The position numbers and the translations under genes were made by a program. Below are positions 11,214 to 21,831 of a DNA stretch of 64,000 nt, piece after piece. The stretch is from Candidatus Hydrogenedentota bacterium (GTDB lineage Bacteria > Hydrogenedentota > Hydrogenedentia > Hydrogenedentales > SLHB01), in assembly GCA_963745075.1 (NCBI GenBank), contig CAVUWV010000008.1, positions 480,001 to 544,000 on the forward strand, read 5' to 3'. How positions within the stretch are numbered: the first letter of the stretch is position 1; every line of letters starts with the position of its first letter. The notes under the pieces were generated by a model, which did not search any database, was not told where the DNA came from, and was given only the letters and a program-made list of their open reading frames with translations.

Positions 11214-11295
11214 AAGACCCCCCTCTAACTCCCCCGTGAACGGGGGGAGAACGGGCTCCCTCCCCGTTCACGGGGAGGGCCTGGGAGGGGGTCTT
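11214..11295. repeat. REP-like compound palindrome
   Basis: Outer inverted repeat aagacccccctc...gagggggtctt encloses two mutually inverted hairpins, ctcccccgtgaacggggggag and ccctccccgttcacggggaggg. Confidence 0.8.
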
Positions 11296-11487
11296 GTGGC
11301 GCAAATCCTATTCGTAAAAGAATTGATTTCTCCCCATTCTTTGGAGATGAACCACAATAAAGGGGGATTGGTGCGATTACGAGAACGAGAACAGGGGCGC
11401 ACCCACGGAAGGGTGCATAGGTGGACTGGTGCGGGGACGGTCAAGATGTGCGATAATGGGTATACGAAAGGAGTCATCATTCGCATT

Positions 11488-12318
11488 ATGGCACAGCGAG
11501 AGGAAATTCCGCATCTGATTCATCTGCTCGACGACGAGTCGTCCGTCGTACGCGAACAGGTGCTGCACGAGTTGCTGGCGTTCGGCCCCGGGTTGGAAGA
11601 GATGCTGCGGGAGTTGGACGACCAATTGACGCCGGCCCAGCGGGCGTTGGTGACGCAATTGGTAGCGGGTCATCTGGAGATTCGGGCGCGGCGCGACGCG
11701 TGGCGAATCTGGCCGTCGCTGCCGACGCGGCGCGAACAATTGGAGCGGGCCTTCGATCTCCTGGCGCAGTTTCAGTTTGGCTGGATGCCGCCGGTGCACG
11801 TGTCCGAGTTGCTCGACGACCTGGCGAAGGAATTCAAAGCCACGGGCCACGCGCGCGATGCCGTGTCCTTGAACCGCTTCCTGTTTGTGTCCAAACGGTT
11901 CCGTGGGTGCAACGAGGATTATTACGAGCCCCTGAACAGCAACCTCATCCATGTGTTGGACGAAGGTAAGGGGCTGCCCATTAGCTTGGTGTGTGTGTTC
12001 ATGCTGGTGGGAGAGCGGGTCGACGTGAAGATCGAAGGGTGTGGCGTGCCGGGGCATTACCTCGCGCGGGCGAACGCGGCGGATCGCGACACCTATTTCG
12101 ACTGCTACAGCGAAGGCCGGATGTTGACACGCCGGGACGTGGACAAGATCCGGCGGCGGCTGTCGCCGAATCTGACTCATCTGCTCACCGAAGTGCCTAC
12201 CGCCCAAAACATCATTCGTCGCGTGCTGCGCAATCTCATCAACGCCTACGAGATCGAAAACGAGCACGACAAGAGCGCGCTCATGGCGGAACTGCTGGAC
12301 GAGGTGCGCGTCAGCTAG
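11488..12318 (+). CDS. SirB1/transglutaminase-like (Transglut_core2) family protein
   Basis: LIHLLDDES, DYYEPLNSNL, GLPISL, GVPGHYL and RRVLRNL motifs. Start placed at ATG 11488. Confidence 0.85.
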   Translation: MAQREEIPHLIHLLDDESSVVREQVLHELLAFGPGLEEMLRELDDQLTPAQRALVTQLVAGHLEIRARRDAWRIWPSLPTRREQLERAFDLLAQFQFGWMPPVHVSELLDDLAKEFKATGHARDAVSLNRFLFVSKRFRGCNEDYYEPLNSNLIHVLDEGKGLPISLVCVFMLVGERVDVKIEGCGVPGHYLARANAADRDTYFDCYSEGRMLTRRDVDKIRRRLSPNLTHLLTEVPTAQNIIRRVLRNLINAYEIENEHDKSALMAELLDEVRVS

Positions 12319-12430
12319 CGCATCTCAGCGCGACCAATCTTTTCACGCAGCCGTTGCGGGCCCGTTGTACTACTCCGATGATCGCAACTCACACTTCGGG
12401 TGTGCATGTAGGACGGGAATGATTCGCGTC

Positions 12431-15073
12431 CTACGGGTGGTTCGGTTCGTCTCCGGTGTGATTTGCCAAATGAACGATCAGGTTCGCGACCAGTCCCGTC
12501 CATCCGGTCTGATGGCTGGCGCCGAGGCCGGCGCCGGTATCGCCATTGAAATACTCGTGGAACCACAAGTTGTCGCACCAGAGGGGATCCGTATTGTGGG
12601 GCGTACGGTTTCCCCAAAAGGGCCGGCAATCGCCGTCCCGTTTGAAGATGCGGACGAGCCGGCGGGAAAGTTCGTGGGCGACTTCTCTCAGGGTCATTTC
12701 ATTGCCGGAGCCGGTGGGGCATTCGACGGTGAAACGAGGGCCCCAGTACGCGTAGTAACGGTGCAAGGCGTCGATCAGCAGGTAGTTCACGGGGAACCAG
12801 ATGGGGCCGCGCCAATTCGAGTTTCCGCCGAAAAGGGAACTGGCGGACTCGGCGGGTTCGTAATTCACTTCGGCGCGATAGCCTTCGGCCTCGAACACGT
12901 AGGGGTGGTCGAGATGGTACTTGGAGAGCGACCGGATACCGAAGTCGGAGAGGAACTCGTTTTCATCGAGCATGACGCGCAAGATCTTGCGTAGTCCATG
13001 CTGGTTCAGCAGAGACAGGCAACAGCGGCCGGCGCGATCGGGTTCGAAAATGCAGGAGATGTTGCCCGTCAGATCGGGCCGGTGCTCGTAGAACCAATCC
13101 ATGCGGCGGGCGAAGTCCGGGGTCGCGTGCAATTTTTCGTGGTTGATGAGTTCCACTGCCAGCAAGGGGATTAGACCGACCATCGAGCGCAGCCGGATGG
13201 GTTCCCGATGTCCGTCGGGAAAACGGATCTGGTCGTAGAAGAAGCTGTCCTCGTCGTGCCAGAGCGATTGGCCGGACCCGTCAATATTGTGGATGGCGTC
13301 CGCAATGTAGAGGAAGTGTTCGAAGAATTTGGAGGCCGTGTCCTCGTAGGCTTTGCTCGTTTGCGTTAGTTCCCAGGCCATGGTCAGCATGCGCAGGCAG
13401 TACATGGCCATCCAGCTCGTGGCATCGCTTTGTTCCAACACGCCGCCCGTGGGCAAGGGTTTGCTGCGGTCGAAGACGCCAATGTTGTCCATGCCGAGAA
13501 AGCCGCCGTTGAAGATGTTGTCGCCTTTGTCATCTCTGCGGTTCACCCACCACGTGAAATTCATGAGTAGTTTTTGGAATACGGCTTCAAGATAGCGCGT
13601 GTCGCCATTGCCGGTCGTGTCCCGTTCCATCCGGTAGACCTGGAACGCGGCCCAGGCGTGGACGGGCGGGTTCACATCGGAGAAGTCCCACTCGTAAGCG
13701 GGGAGTTGGCCGTTGGGATGCATGTACCACTCGCGGGTGAACAATTCGATCTGCCGCTTCGCGAACTCCCCGTCGATGAGGGCGTGGGTGATCGCGTGGA
13801 AGGCGGAATCCCACACGGCGAACCAGGGGTATTCCCATGTGTCCGGCATAGCGAGGACGTCGTCGTTGTAGATGTGCCGCCACTCCTCGTTGCGCACGCG
13901 ATTGCGGTGCGGCGGCGGCATGGTGGGGTCGCCCTTGAGCCAGGTTTCCACGATGTAGTGGTAGAACTGCTTGTTCCAGATCATGCCGGCGAGCGCCTGG
14001 CGCGTAATACTCCGCTCATCGTCGTCCAGGCGATCCGGCAGCCTTGCGGCATAGAATTCGTCGGCCTCGCGGATGACCTTGCCGAACCGTTTGGAGAGCG
14101 TCGACTCTCCGACGGATTTCGTGTCGCTGCGCGCGAGACGGAGCACGATGCTGCGGGTTTCGCCAGGACCCAACTCGAGGGTGTATCGGGCGGCGCACTT
14201 CGTGCCGCCGTCGCGGGATACCGCGTTTTCATCCCCGTGAACGATGTAGCGATGAATGCCGTCTTTCACGCGAGGCGCGGGATTGTCGACCTGATAGAGC
14301 CGTCGCTGGTTCGTTTCGTTTTCCGTAAAGACAATTTCGTCCGACGCCGGCGCCCAGAGGCGATAGGTCCCGAGCGTGGGGTGTTCGGAAACGACGGCAT
14401 CCTCGCCGTCTCGCGAAACCGACGGCCGCGGCGCGTTCTCGGTCCAGGTCCACGTATTGCGAAACCAGAGTGTGGGCAGCACCGTAAGCGTCGCGGTCTC
14501 GGCGCTTTGATTGGTTACGGTGATCTTTATCGCGATGTCTTCGGGGGCGGTTTTCGCGTATTCGATGAGCACGTCGAAGAAACGGTTGTCCTGAAAGATG
14601 CCGGTATCAACCAATTCGAATTCGGGTTGGGTTTTGGTGCGGCGGCGGTTTTCGCCCGCGAGCAGATCGTAAGGGAACGCGTCGATCGGGTAGCGGTAGA
14701 GGTACTTCAGGTAGCTGTGCGACGGCGTAGCGTCGAGGTACCAGTAGCACTCCTTTACGTCCTCACCCTGGTTTCCTCCATGGTTGGAGAGGCCGTACAG
14801 GCGCTCCTTGAGGATGTCGTCGTGGCCGTTCCACAGGGCCACCGCGAAACAAAGCCGTTGGTGGTTGTCGCTGATGCCGGCGATGCCGTCTTCGCCCCAA
14901 CGGTAGGTGTAGGAGCGGGCCAGGTCGTGGGTGACGTACCGCCAGGCGTCGCCGTCGGGGGAGTAGTCTTCGCGCACGGTGCCCCACTGCCGCTCGGAGA
15001 CGTACGGTCCCCATTTGCGCCAATGTTTTTTGTGCGCGGCGGTTTCGCGTAGACGCCGTTCTTCGGCGGTCAT
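12431..15073 (-). CDS. GH63-like glucosidase / mannosylglycerate-hydrolase-like protein
   Basis: WGPYVSERQWGTVREDYS, MPDTWEYPWFAVWD, GGNSNWRGPIWFP and GASHQTGWTGL family motifs. Confidence 0.9.
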   Translation of the reverse strand: MTAEERRLRETAAHKKHWRKWGPYVSERQWGTVREDYSPDGDAWRYVTHDLARSYTYRWGEDGIAGISDNHQRLCFAVALWNGHDDILKERLYGLSNHGGNQGEDVKECYWYLDATPSHSYLKYLYRYPIDAFPYDLLAGENRRRTKTQPEFELVDTGIFQDNRFFDVLIEYAKTAPEDIAIKITVTNQSAETATLTVLPTLWFRNTWTWTENAPRPSVSRDGEDAVVSEHPTLGTYRLWAPASDEIVFTENETNQRRLYQVDNPAPRVKDGIHRYIVHGDENAVSRDGGTKCAARYTLELGPGETRSIVLRLARSDTKSVGESTLSKRFGKVIREADEFYAARLPDRLDDDERSITRQALAGMIWNKQFYHYIVETWLKGDPTMPPPHRNRVRNEEWRHIYNDDVLAMPDTWEYPWFAVWDSAFHAITHALIDGEFAKRQIELFTREWYMHPNGQLPAYEWDFSDVNPPVHAWAAFQVYRMERDTTGNGDTRYLEAVFQKLLMNFTWWVNRRDDKGDNIFNGGFLGMDNIGVFDRSKPLPTGGVLEQSDATSWMAMYCLRMLTMAWELTQTSKAYEDTASKFFEHFLYIADAIHNIDGSGQSLWHDEDSFFYDQIRFPDGHREPIRLRSMVGLIPLLAVELINHEKLHATPDFARRMDWFYEHRPDLTGNISCIFEPDRAGRCCLSLLNQHGLRKILRVMLDENEFLSDFGIRSLSKYHLDHPYVFEAEGYRAEVNYEPAESASSLFGGNSNWRGPIWFPVNYLLIDALHRYYAYWGPRFTVECPTGSGNEMTLREVAHELSRRLVRIFKRDGDCRPFWGNRTPHNTDPLWCDNLWFHEYFNGDTGAGLGASHQTGWTGLVANLIVHLANHTGDEPNHP

Positions 15074-15154
15074 GATGTAACGACTCCTTGCAGATTTCGA
15101 CGGTACGCGCCAACCGGTGCGCGCCGTTTCATTCAACCGCGTCGCGGTACCGTG

Positions 15155-16795
15155 TCAGCCACGGAAATAAACGAGGACACAAGTCACGATGATCAGCAGT
15201 ACGACGGTCAGGCCGGCGTTGAGTTTCTTGCCCTTGGCTTCCAGTTCGATGCCCTCGATGGCGGCCTCTTTCTCCGCGGTCTGGAACGTAAGGCCGCGAA
15301 GCTGGGCCTCGGGCACGGGGCGCGTCAAGAGGCTGACGACGATCAGAATTCCCGAGCAGATAGCGAAGAGCAGCACGCAAAAGTGCAGGAAATTAATCGT
15401 GGCGAAGCGGTAGAGCAATCCGTCGCCAAGATGGGTCTTGTTGAGTTCGAGCACGAGCCGGGTCATTCCGATGACGAATCCGGAGATCATGGCGGCCATG
15501 GCGCCGGGGCCGTTGACCCGTTTGAAAAAGATGCCGAAAAGGAAGACGGCGGCGATGGGCGGGGCGATGTAGGCCTGGACACTTTGCAGGTACTGATAGA
15601 GTTGGCCGGAGATGTAACTCATGAAAGGTATCCAGGCCAATCCCAGGGCCACCATCACGACGGTGGAGATCTGGCCGACCCAGACGAGCTGGCGTTCCGA
15701 CGCCGTGGGGTGGAGTTTCTTGTAGATGTCCCACGTGACGAGGGTCGAGCACGAGTTGAACACCGAGGACAGCGAACTCATGAGCGCGGCCAGCAATCCG
15801 CCGACCACGAGTCCCCGGACGCCAACGGGCAGCAAGGCGCCGACCAATACCGGCAACGCGTGATCGGGCTCATCCAGTGTTAACTGGTGCTGCTTGGCGA
15901 GGGCGTAGGCGATGACGCCGGGAATCACGAAGATGAACAAGGGCAAGACTTTCAGGAATCCGGCGAAGATGGCGCCGCGCCGGCCGACTTCGACGTTGGG
16001 TGCGGATAACACGCGCTGGACGATGAATTGATCCGTGCACCAGTACCACACGCCCAGGATCGGCGCGCCGAAGACGATGCCGGTCCACGGGAACGCAGGG
16101 TCGGTGGCGGGCTTCCACAGCGTGAAGAAATCGCTGCCCGCCGTTTCGTACAACGCATTCCATCCACCGATCTTTTCGAGGCCAATGACCGCCACCGCAA
16201 TGCCGCCCGCGACGAGCACGAACATTTGGAACATGTCGGTGTAGAGCACGGCGCGCAATCCGCCGAAGACGGTGTAAATACCGGTGGCGACGACGACGAT
16301 GAGGGCGCCGGTCCAGAAGTTGATGCCCATGAGGGATTCGAAGACGATGCCACCGGCGTAGATGGACACGGAGATCTTGGTGAGCACATATCCGACGATC
16401 GAGATGAGCGCCAGGTACCAGCGGGTCGCGGGGGAGTAGCGCCGTTCCAGGAACTCGGGCATGGTGAACACGCCGCTCTTGATGTAGAAGGGCACAAAAA
16501 CCCAACCCAACAACAGGAGGAGGAACGACGCGAGGATTTCGAATTGCCCCACGGCGACGCCGCTGGCGGCGCCAGTCCCGGCGAGGCCTACGAGATGCTC
16601 GGAACCGATGTTCGACGCGAAGAGGGACGCGCCGATGACAAACCATCCAGCGTGCCTGCCCGCAAGGAAGTAATTGGTGGACGTGTCGCGGGTATGATCG
16701 CGCCACGTGGACCAGAAGGCGACGCCGAACACGGCGACAAAGTAGGCCCCGATGATGATCCAATCCAAGGTAACCAGCGAACCGGCTGAATTCAT
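15155..16795 (-). CDS. Sodium:solute symporter (SLC5/SSS, sugar-transporter-like)
   Basis: YFLAGR, ASNIGSEH, TMPEFLERRY, WYWCTDQFIVQR and LAALMSSL; many TM helices. Confidence 0.93.
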   Translation of the reverse strand: MNSAGSLVTLDWIIIGAYFVAVFGVAFWSTWRDHTRDTSTNYFLAGRHAGWFVIGASLFASNIGSEHLVGLAGTGAASGVAVGQFEILASFLLLLLGWVFVPFYIKSGVFTMPEFLERRYSPATRWYLALISIVGYVLTKISVSIYAGGIVFESLMGINFWTGALIVVVATGIYTVFGGLRAVLYTDMFQMFVLVAGGIAVAVIGLEKIGGWNALYETAGSDFFTLWKPATDPAFPWTGIVFGAPILGVWYWCTDQFIVQRVLSAPNVEVGRRGAIFAGFLKVLPLFIFVIPGVIAYALAKQHQLTLDEPDHALPVLVGALLPVGVRGLVVGGLLAALMSSLSSVFNSCSTLVTWDIYKKLHPTASERQLVWVGQISTVVMVALGLAWIPFMSYISGQLYQYLQSVQAYIAPPIAAVFLFGIFFKRVNGPGAMAAMISGFVIGMTRLVLELNKTHLGDGLLYRFATINFLHFCVLLFAICSGILIVVSLLTRPVPEAQLRGLTFQTAEKEAAIEGIELEAKGKKLNAGLTVVLLIIVTCVLVYFRG

Positions 16796-17005
16796 GGACT
16801 TCCCCTCTCCGCGTCCTGGGTTGCTTGCGCGCCACGAGCCCCCATCGTATGCCGAGGCGCGGCGTGCGTCAAGACGGACGGGGATGGACGAAATGGATAG
16901 GGATTGGGGAACGGGGCGTTGTCAGTCGGTCGACGGTTCCGATATGCTTTGGAGAGGGTAGGTTGACACTGCCCGATCTTTTGCAGCCAACGCACGGAGT
17001 TTCCT

Positions 17006-18815
17006 ATGGCTGAATCCATTCTCATCGGTCTTGCGGGGATTGTCGTATTGGGGATCGCCGCGGAGTGGCTGGCGTGGCGCATTCACCTGCCAACGATCTT
17101 CGTCTTGCTGGTTTTCGGCGTGCTGGTGGGACCTGTCACGGGGTATCTCGATCCCGACCGGATGTTCGGAGACCTGCTCATGCCGTTGGTCTCCCTGTGC
17201 GTGGCCGTGATCCTCTTTGAAGGCGGCTTGACGCTGCGGCTCCGCGAACTGCGCGCGGTAGGCGGCGTAGTGTGGCTGCTAATCACGCTGGGCGTTCTGA
17301 TTACCTGGGTGCTCGCGGCGGTCGCGGCATGGTTTTGTCTCGGGTTCGATGTTCGCTTGGCGGCGCTGCTCGGGGCCATCCTGGTGGTGACGGGGCCGAC
17401 GGTCGTCATGCCGTTGCTGGCGCACGTGCGGCCGCGGGGACGGGTTGCGTCGATTCTGAAGTGGGAAGGGATTACGGTCGATCCGGTGGGCGCGACGCTG
17501 GCCGTGCTGGTGTTCGAGGCGCTCATGGAGCATCCCGGGGGCGGCGCCACACAAGTATTCGTACTCGGCGTGGTGCGGACGTTGGCCATCGGATTTGTAC
17601 TCGGGGGGGGCGGTGTCGTCTTTCTCGTGGTCGTCCTGCGCAAGCAGTGGATTCCAGAACACCTACACAGTCCGATTGCGCTAGCGGTGGTGCTGGGGGC
17701 CTTTGCGCTCTCGAACGTCATTCAGCACGAGTCGGGATTGTTGACCGTGACCGTGTTGGGTGCGCTGTTGGCCAATCAGCGGTACGTGGACATCCGGCAC
17801 GTCATCGAGTTCAAGGAAAACTTGCGGGTGCTGTTGCTCTCCAGTTTGTTCATCATTCTGGCAGCGCGGCTCGACGTCGATCGGATTACGGGTCTTGGCA
17901 TGGGGAGTCTTTGGTTCCTCCTTGCGCTGATCGTCATCGTGCGTCCGGTTACCGTACTCGCTTGCACGATCGGGTCGAGTCTCGGTTGGCGCGAACGGGC
18001 GTTTCTGGCCTATCTGGCGCCGCGCGGCGTCGTGGCCGCGGCCGTGACGTTCGGTCTTCGCGCTGCGACTGGCGGAGGACGGCATCGCACAAGCCGAAGA
18101 TATGGTGCCGATCGCATTCTTCGTTATCGCGGGGCTGGTGGCGTTATACGCGGTGACCGCCCGGCCGGTGGCGTGGTTGCTGGGCCTAGCCTTGCCGGAT
18201 CCGAACGGGATCGTCATCGTCGGCGCACACCGGCTGGGGCGCGCGATCGGTATGGCGCTGAAAACCGAAGGTCTTCCCGTTCTTGTTATCGACCGCAACT
18301 GGGGCAACATCAGTGCCGCGCGCATGGAAGGCCTCGGGGCGTACCATGGCGACGTGCTTTCGGAGCACGCGTTGCACGAAACCGACTTGTCGGAGATGGG
18401 AAAGTTGTTCGCCATGACCGCCAACGACGAAGTCAACTCGCTTGCGGCGATCCACTTCAGTGAACGATTCGGAAAAGCCGGCGTGTATCAATTGGCGGTC
18501 GAGGGATCGGACGCGGAGGACGAAGGCAGCAAAGCGCCGGCGCCGTATCTGCGCGGACAGATCCTCTTCGGCCGCGAACTGGGCTATGACGAACTGACAC
18601 GGCGACTCGTCGAGGGCGCGACGATCAAAGCGACAAAGCTTAGCGAGAAATTCACGTACGAGTCGTTTCGGGAGAAGTACGGCGACACCGCGACGCCGTT
18701 GTTCGTGATGAACAACAAGGGCGCGTTGCGCATCATCACGGCCGGCGCAGATATCAGCCCCGAGCCCGGCGACAAGATCGTCGCGCTCGCCGATCGCGAA
18801 CCGGAGACCGCATGA
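17006..18815 (+). CDS. CPA1 cation:proton antiporter with C-terminal TrkA-N/RCK domain, one +1 frameshift near 18050
   Basis: ILFEGGL, VTGPTVV, WEGITVDP and APRGVVAAAV. Removing one T in GTGACGT-TCGGTC gives ...AVTSVFALRLAEDGIAQAEDMVP, in frame with ORF 18102-18815. Confidence 0.88.
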
Positions 18816-19963
18816 ACGTAACGGTACCGATCACGGCGGTGGCCCACGGCGGCCACGGCATCGCGCGCGTCGACGGGCAAGTGTGTTTCGTGCCGTACGC
18901 GCTTCCCGGCGATGAAGTGGCCGTACGCATCGTCCGCCGTTCAAAAGGGGTGTTGTGGGGCGCCATCGAATCGATCGTGACGCCATCGCCCGATCGGATC
19001 GATTCCGGTTGCTCCGTGTACGGGCAGTGCGGGGCGTGTACCTGGCTCCATTTCGCGTACCCGGCGCAAGCAGAATGGAAGACACGCATCGTGCGGGACT
19101 GTTTTGCGCGGATTGCGCGCGTCGACGCGGATGTGGCGTGGGCGGACGATCCGAATCATCGGCTGCACTACCGGACGCGGGCGGAGTTCCACGGCGACGG
19201 TAAGGGTTTCGGATTTTACGCGGGCGGAACGCATGACGTAGTGGACGTGGTGACCTGCCCCTTGTGTCATCCGCTCCTCAACCGCGCGTTGGCGTCCTTG
19301 CGCGAACAGCGCATCCGGGGTTGTGTCGAAGTCACGGTGAACCCCGAGGGCAGCGACGTGCTGGTGTGGTCGCGGAAACGATATGCGCCCGTTGAACGGG
19401 CGTTTCCCCAAGCGCAGTGGCACGGTCACGAAAGTCCGCGGACGTCCTTTGTCTTCGACGGCGCAGCGGTGGTCAACGGCGCGTTTTCCCAATCCAGTCT
19501 GTTGCTGAACCGCGTGTTGGTGCGTATCGTCCATGCCGCCCTTGGCGATGCTGAGAAGGTACTGGACCTGTACTGCGGCAACGGGAATCTGTCCTTGGGA
19601 CTCGCCGATTCGCGAGCCGTGACGGGTCTTGACCACAGCCGCGCGGCGGTGGAAGCGGCGCAGGCAGCGGGGCGCGGAACGTATCGAATCGGCAGCGAAG
19701 AGGATTTCCGTGCGGCGATAGGTGAGGAATCGTGGGACGTGATCCTACTCGATCCCCCGCGCACCGGCGCCAAATCGATTGCAGCGGCACTGGCATCCTG
19801 CGCGGCGAAGCGAGTTGTCTACGTATCGTGCGATCCGGCGACGTTGGCGCGGGATGTGAAGGTGCTGCGCGAGGGAGGATGGCAGGTGAAATCCGCAACC
19901 GCAGTCGATCTGTTTCCCAACACCTTTCATGTGGAAACGGTTTGCGTGCTGGATCGCGGATAA
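18812..19963 (+). CDS. rlmD: TRAM-domain RNA (uracil-5)-methyltransferase, RlmD/TrmA family
   Basis: TRAM N-terminus, CxxYGQCGAC Fe-S motif, LDLYCGNG, LDPPRTG, YVSCDPATLARD and FPNTFHVE. ATGA overlap with the antiporter. Confidence 0.85.
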   Translation: MNVTVPITAVAHGGHGIARVDGQVCFVPYALPGDEVAVRIVRRSKGVLWGAIESIVTPSPDRIDSGCSVYGQCGACTWLHFAYPAQAEWKTRIVRDCFARIARVDADVAWADDPNHRLHYRTRAEFHGDGKGFGFYAGGTHDVVDVVTCPLCHPLLNRALASLREQRIRGCVEVTVNPEGSDVLVWSRKRYAPVERAFPQAQWHGHESPRTSFVFDGAAVVNGAFSQSSLLLNRVLVRIVHAALGDAEKVLDLYCGNGNLSLGLADSRAVTGLDHSRAAVEAAQAAGRGTYRIGSEEDFRAAIGEESWDVILLDPPRTGAKSIAAALASCAAKRVVYVSCDPATLARDVKVLREGGWQVKSATAVDLFPNTFHVETVCVLDRG

Positions 19964-20016
19964 ACGAGGTGCCGCACGAATCGATTTTGAACGACCCCGG
20001 GCGTTGTCGCGGTGAA

Positions 20017-21714
20017 TCAGGCGCCCCAGCCGACGATCCAATACACCGACCCGATCAGTAGTCCTACCAGTCCCCAAATCACAACAAATCCACCCATTCC
20101 CACCAGACTCGGCATCGGGATTTCCCAATCCGGATGATTGAAAAGTTTCCGAGGCGGCGGCGCTTCAACGCCGGGCGGCAGGCTGAACGGTTCCTGGTGG
20201 GGTTCGTTCGGCTGAATGGGCGTGCGCAAACAGGCGTAGACGCGATCCAATTTGTGGTCCGGAACGCGTTTGGTGAAAAGACTAACCAAAATGCACGTGG
20301 CAAACCCCGCCGAGAGGAACGTGAACATCTGCCAGGACACGCGGAATTTGTCGTCCCAGATCATCATCTCGGGAAGGTGGTTCACTGCAACGGAGTGGAA
20401 GGCCGCCGTGTCGGTAATAATCGTTAGCGCTAGGGCAACCAGGGTGCCCGCCCATGCGCCAGCGACCGTCGTGCGGCGCCAGAACAGGCCCAGCCAGAAT
20501 GCAGCGCCCATGACTGCCTGCACGCGGAAGAACCACTCGAGGGCAACAGGAACGCTGCTGAACGCAAAGGAGAAGGCGATGCTGCACACCACGATGAAAA
20601 AGGCGGTCACCCGCCCCACGTTCACGTAGTGGCCTTCGCTGCGTCCCCGTGCAATGAAACGCCGGTAGAAGTTCTGGGTGAAAAGTCCGGAAGACGAGAC
20701 CATGAAGGCGTCGCAGGAGGACATGATTGAAGCCAGCAACGCGGCCAAGAAGAGCCCAACGAGACCGGGCAGAACCTGCGGAAGCATCTCGCGCGCCATC
20801 GTACCGTAGATGAGATCGGGATCGACATGCTCGCGTCCGGCAAAGTAAACAACCCCGCAGAGGCCGGTCAGCATCCATGCAATGGTGCAGACCCGCTTGA
20901 GCAAATTGCCGCCGGCGAAGCCGACGCGACCGTCCATCTCGTTCCGTCCACCGGCACAAACTCCCATGATGTGCGGCTGCGTCACGATTCCGATCAACGC
21001 GCTGGCCGCGAACATGGTGATGTGAAACCCATCGATTTCGCCCGGCGCAACCAGGCTGAACATGTGTTTGTTCGCGATTTGTTCGTGAACTCCAACCATT
21101 CCGCCCACGGCTTTCCAGGCGAAAGGCAATATAATGAATGACAGGATGATGGTCAGAATGCCCTGGATGAAGTCCGTTACGATGGCCGCAGCCAGCCCGC
21201 CAGCGATCCCATAGATGACGAACAAGACCGTCATCACCAGGATGGCCACGTTGGCGTTGATTTCGCCCCCGGACACGGCTGCGATGGTCGCTCCGGCGCC
21301 TTTCAACAGTACGCCAATGTTTACGGTTAATTGCAGCACGCCGACGACCGCGTAGAGCCCCGCGACGCTGGAGTCGTACCGGTATTCGAAGAAGTCGCCT
21401 GTCGTGATGGCGCGCATGCGGCGGAAAACCGGCGCAATCAGCCAGTAGAAAGGGGTCGCAAAGAGCCAGAGGAACTGGTACCAGATTCCGGAGACTCCGT
21501 TCGTATAGGTCTTCGACGATACGCCGACGGCGTCGTTCCCGCTTGTGCCGGAGCCGAAGGAGAAGAAGATCATGAAAGGTTTGTTGAAACTGCGGCCTCC
21601 CATGAAGAAGTCGGCGGAATCGTGGATGCGGCGAACCGTCCACACGCCAATTGCCGTGATGCCGATCAGGTACGTCCCCAGCGCCACCCAGTCCCAAAAT
21701 CCGATGCCAAGCAT
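20017..21714 (-). CDS. Sodium:solute symporter family protein
   Basis: DFFMGGR, GGLAAAIVTDFIQG and LLASIMSS; many TM helices. Confidence 0.9.
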   Translation of the reverse strand: MLGIGFWDWVALGTYLIGITAIGVWTVRRIHDSADFFMGGRSFNKPFMIFFSFGSGTSGNDAVGVSSKTYTNGVSGIWYQFLWLFATPFYWLIAPVFRRMRAITTGDFFEYRYDSSVAGLYAVVGVLQLTVNIGVLLKGAGATIAAVSGGEINANVAILVMTVLFVIYGIAGGLAAAIVTDFIQGILTIILSFIILPFAWKAVGGMVGVHEQIANKHMFSLVAPGEIDGFHITMFAASALIGIVTQPHIMGVCAGGRNEMDGRVGFAGGNLLKRVCTIAWMLTGLCGVVYFAGREHVDPDLIYGTMAREMLPQVLPGLVGLFLAALLASIMSSCDAFMVSSSGLFTQNFYRRFIARGRSEGHYVNVGRVTAFFIVVCSIAFSFAFSSVPVALEWFFRVQAVMGAAFWLGLFWRRTTVAGAWAGTLVALALTIITDTAAFHSVAVNHLPEMMIWDDKFRVSWQMFTFLSAGFATCILVSLFTKRVPDHKLDRVYACLRTPIQPNEPHQEPFSLPPGVEAPPPRKLFNHPDWEIPMPSLVGMGGFVVIWGLVGLLIGSVYWIVGWGA

Positions 21715-21831
21715 GGAAATAGATCCCTCTTTCTTGTCAAAAAACCTCGATTTTTAGCCCCGACACCCCACGGAGCCGAGCGGAGCGTACGTGACTGTAC
21801 GCGTGTGATTTACAGCGACAACGGTCGCGTA

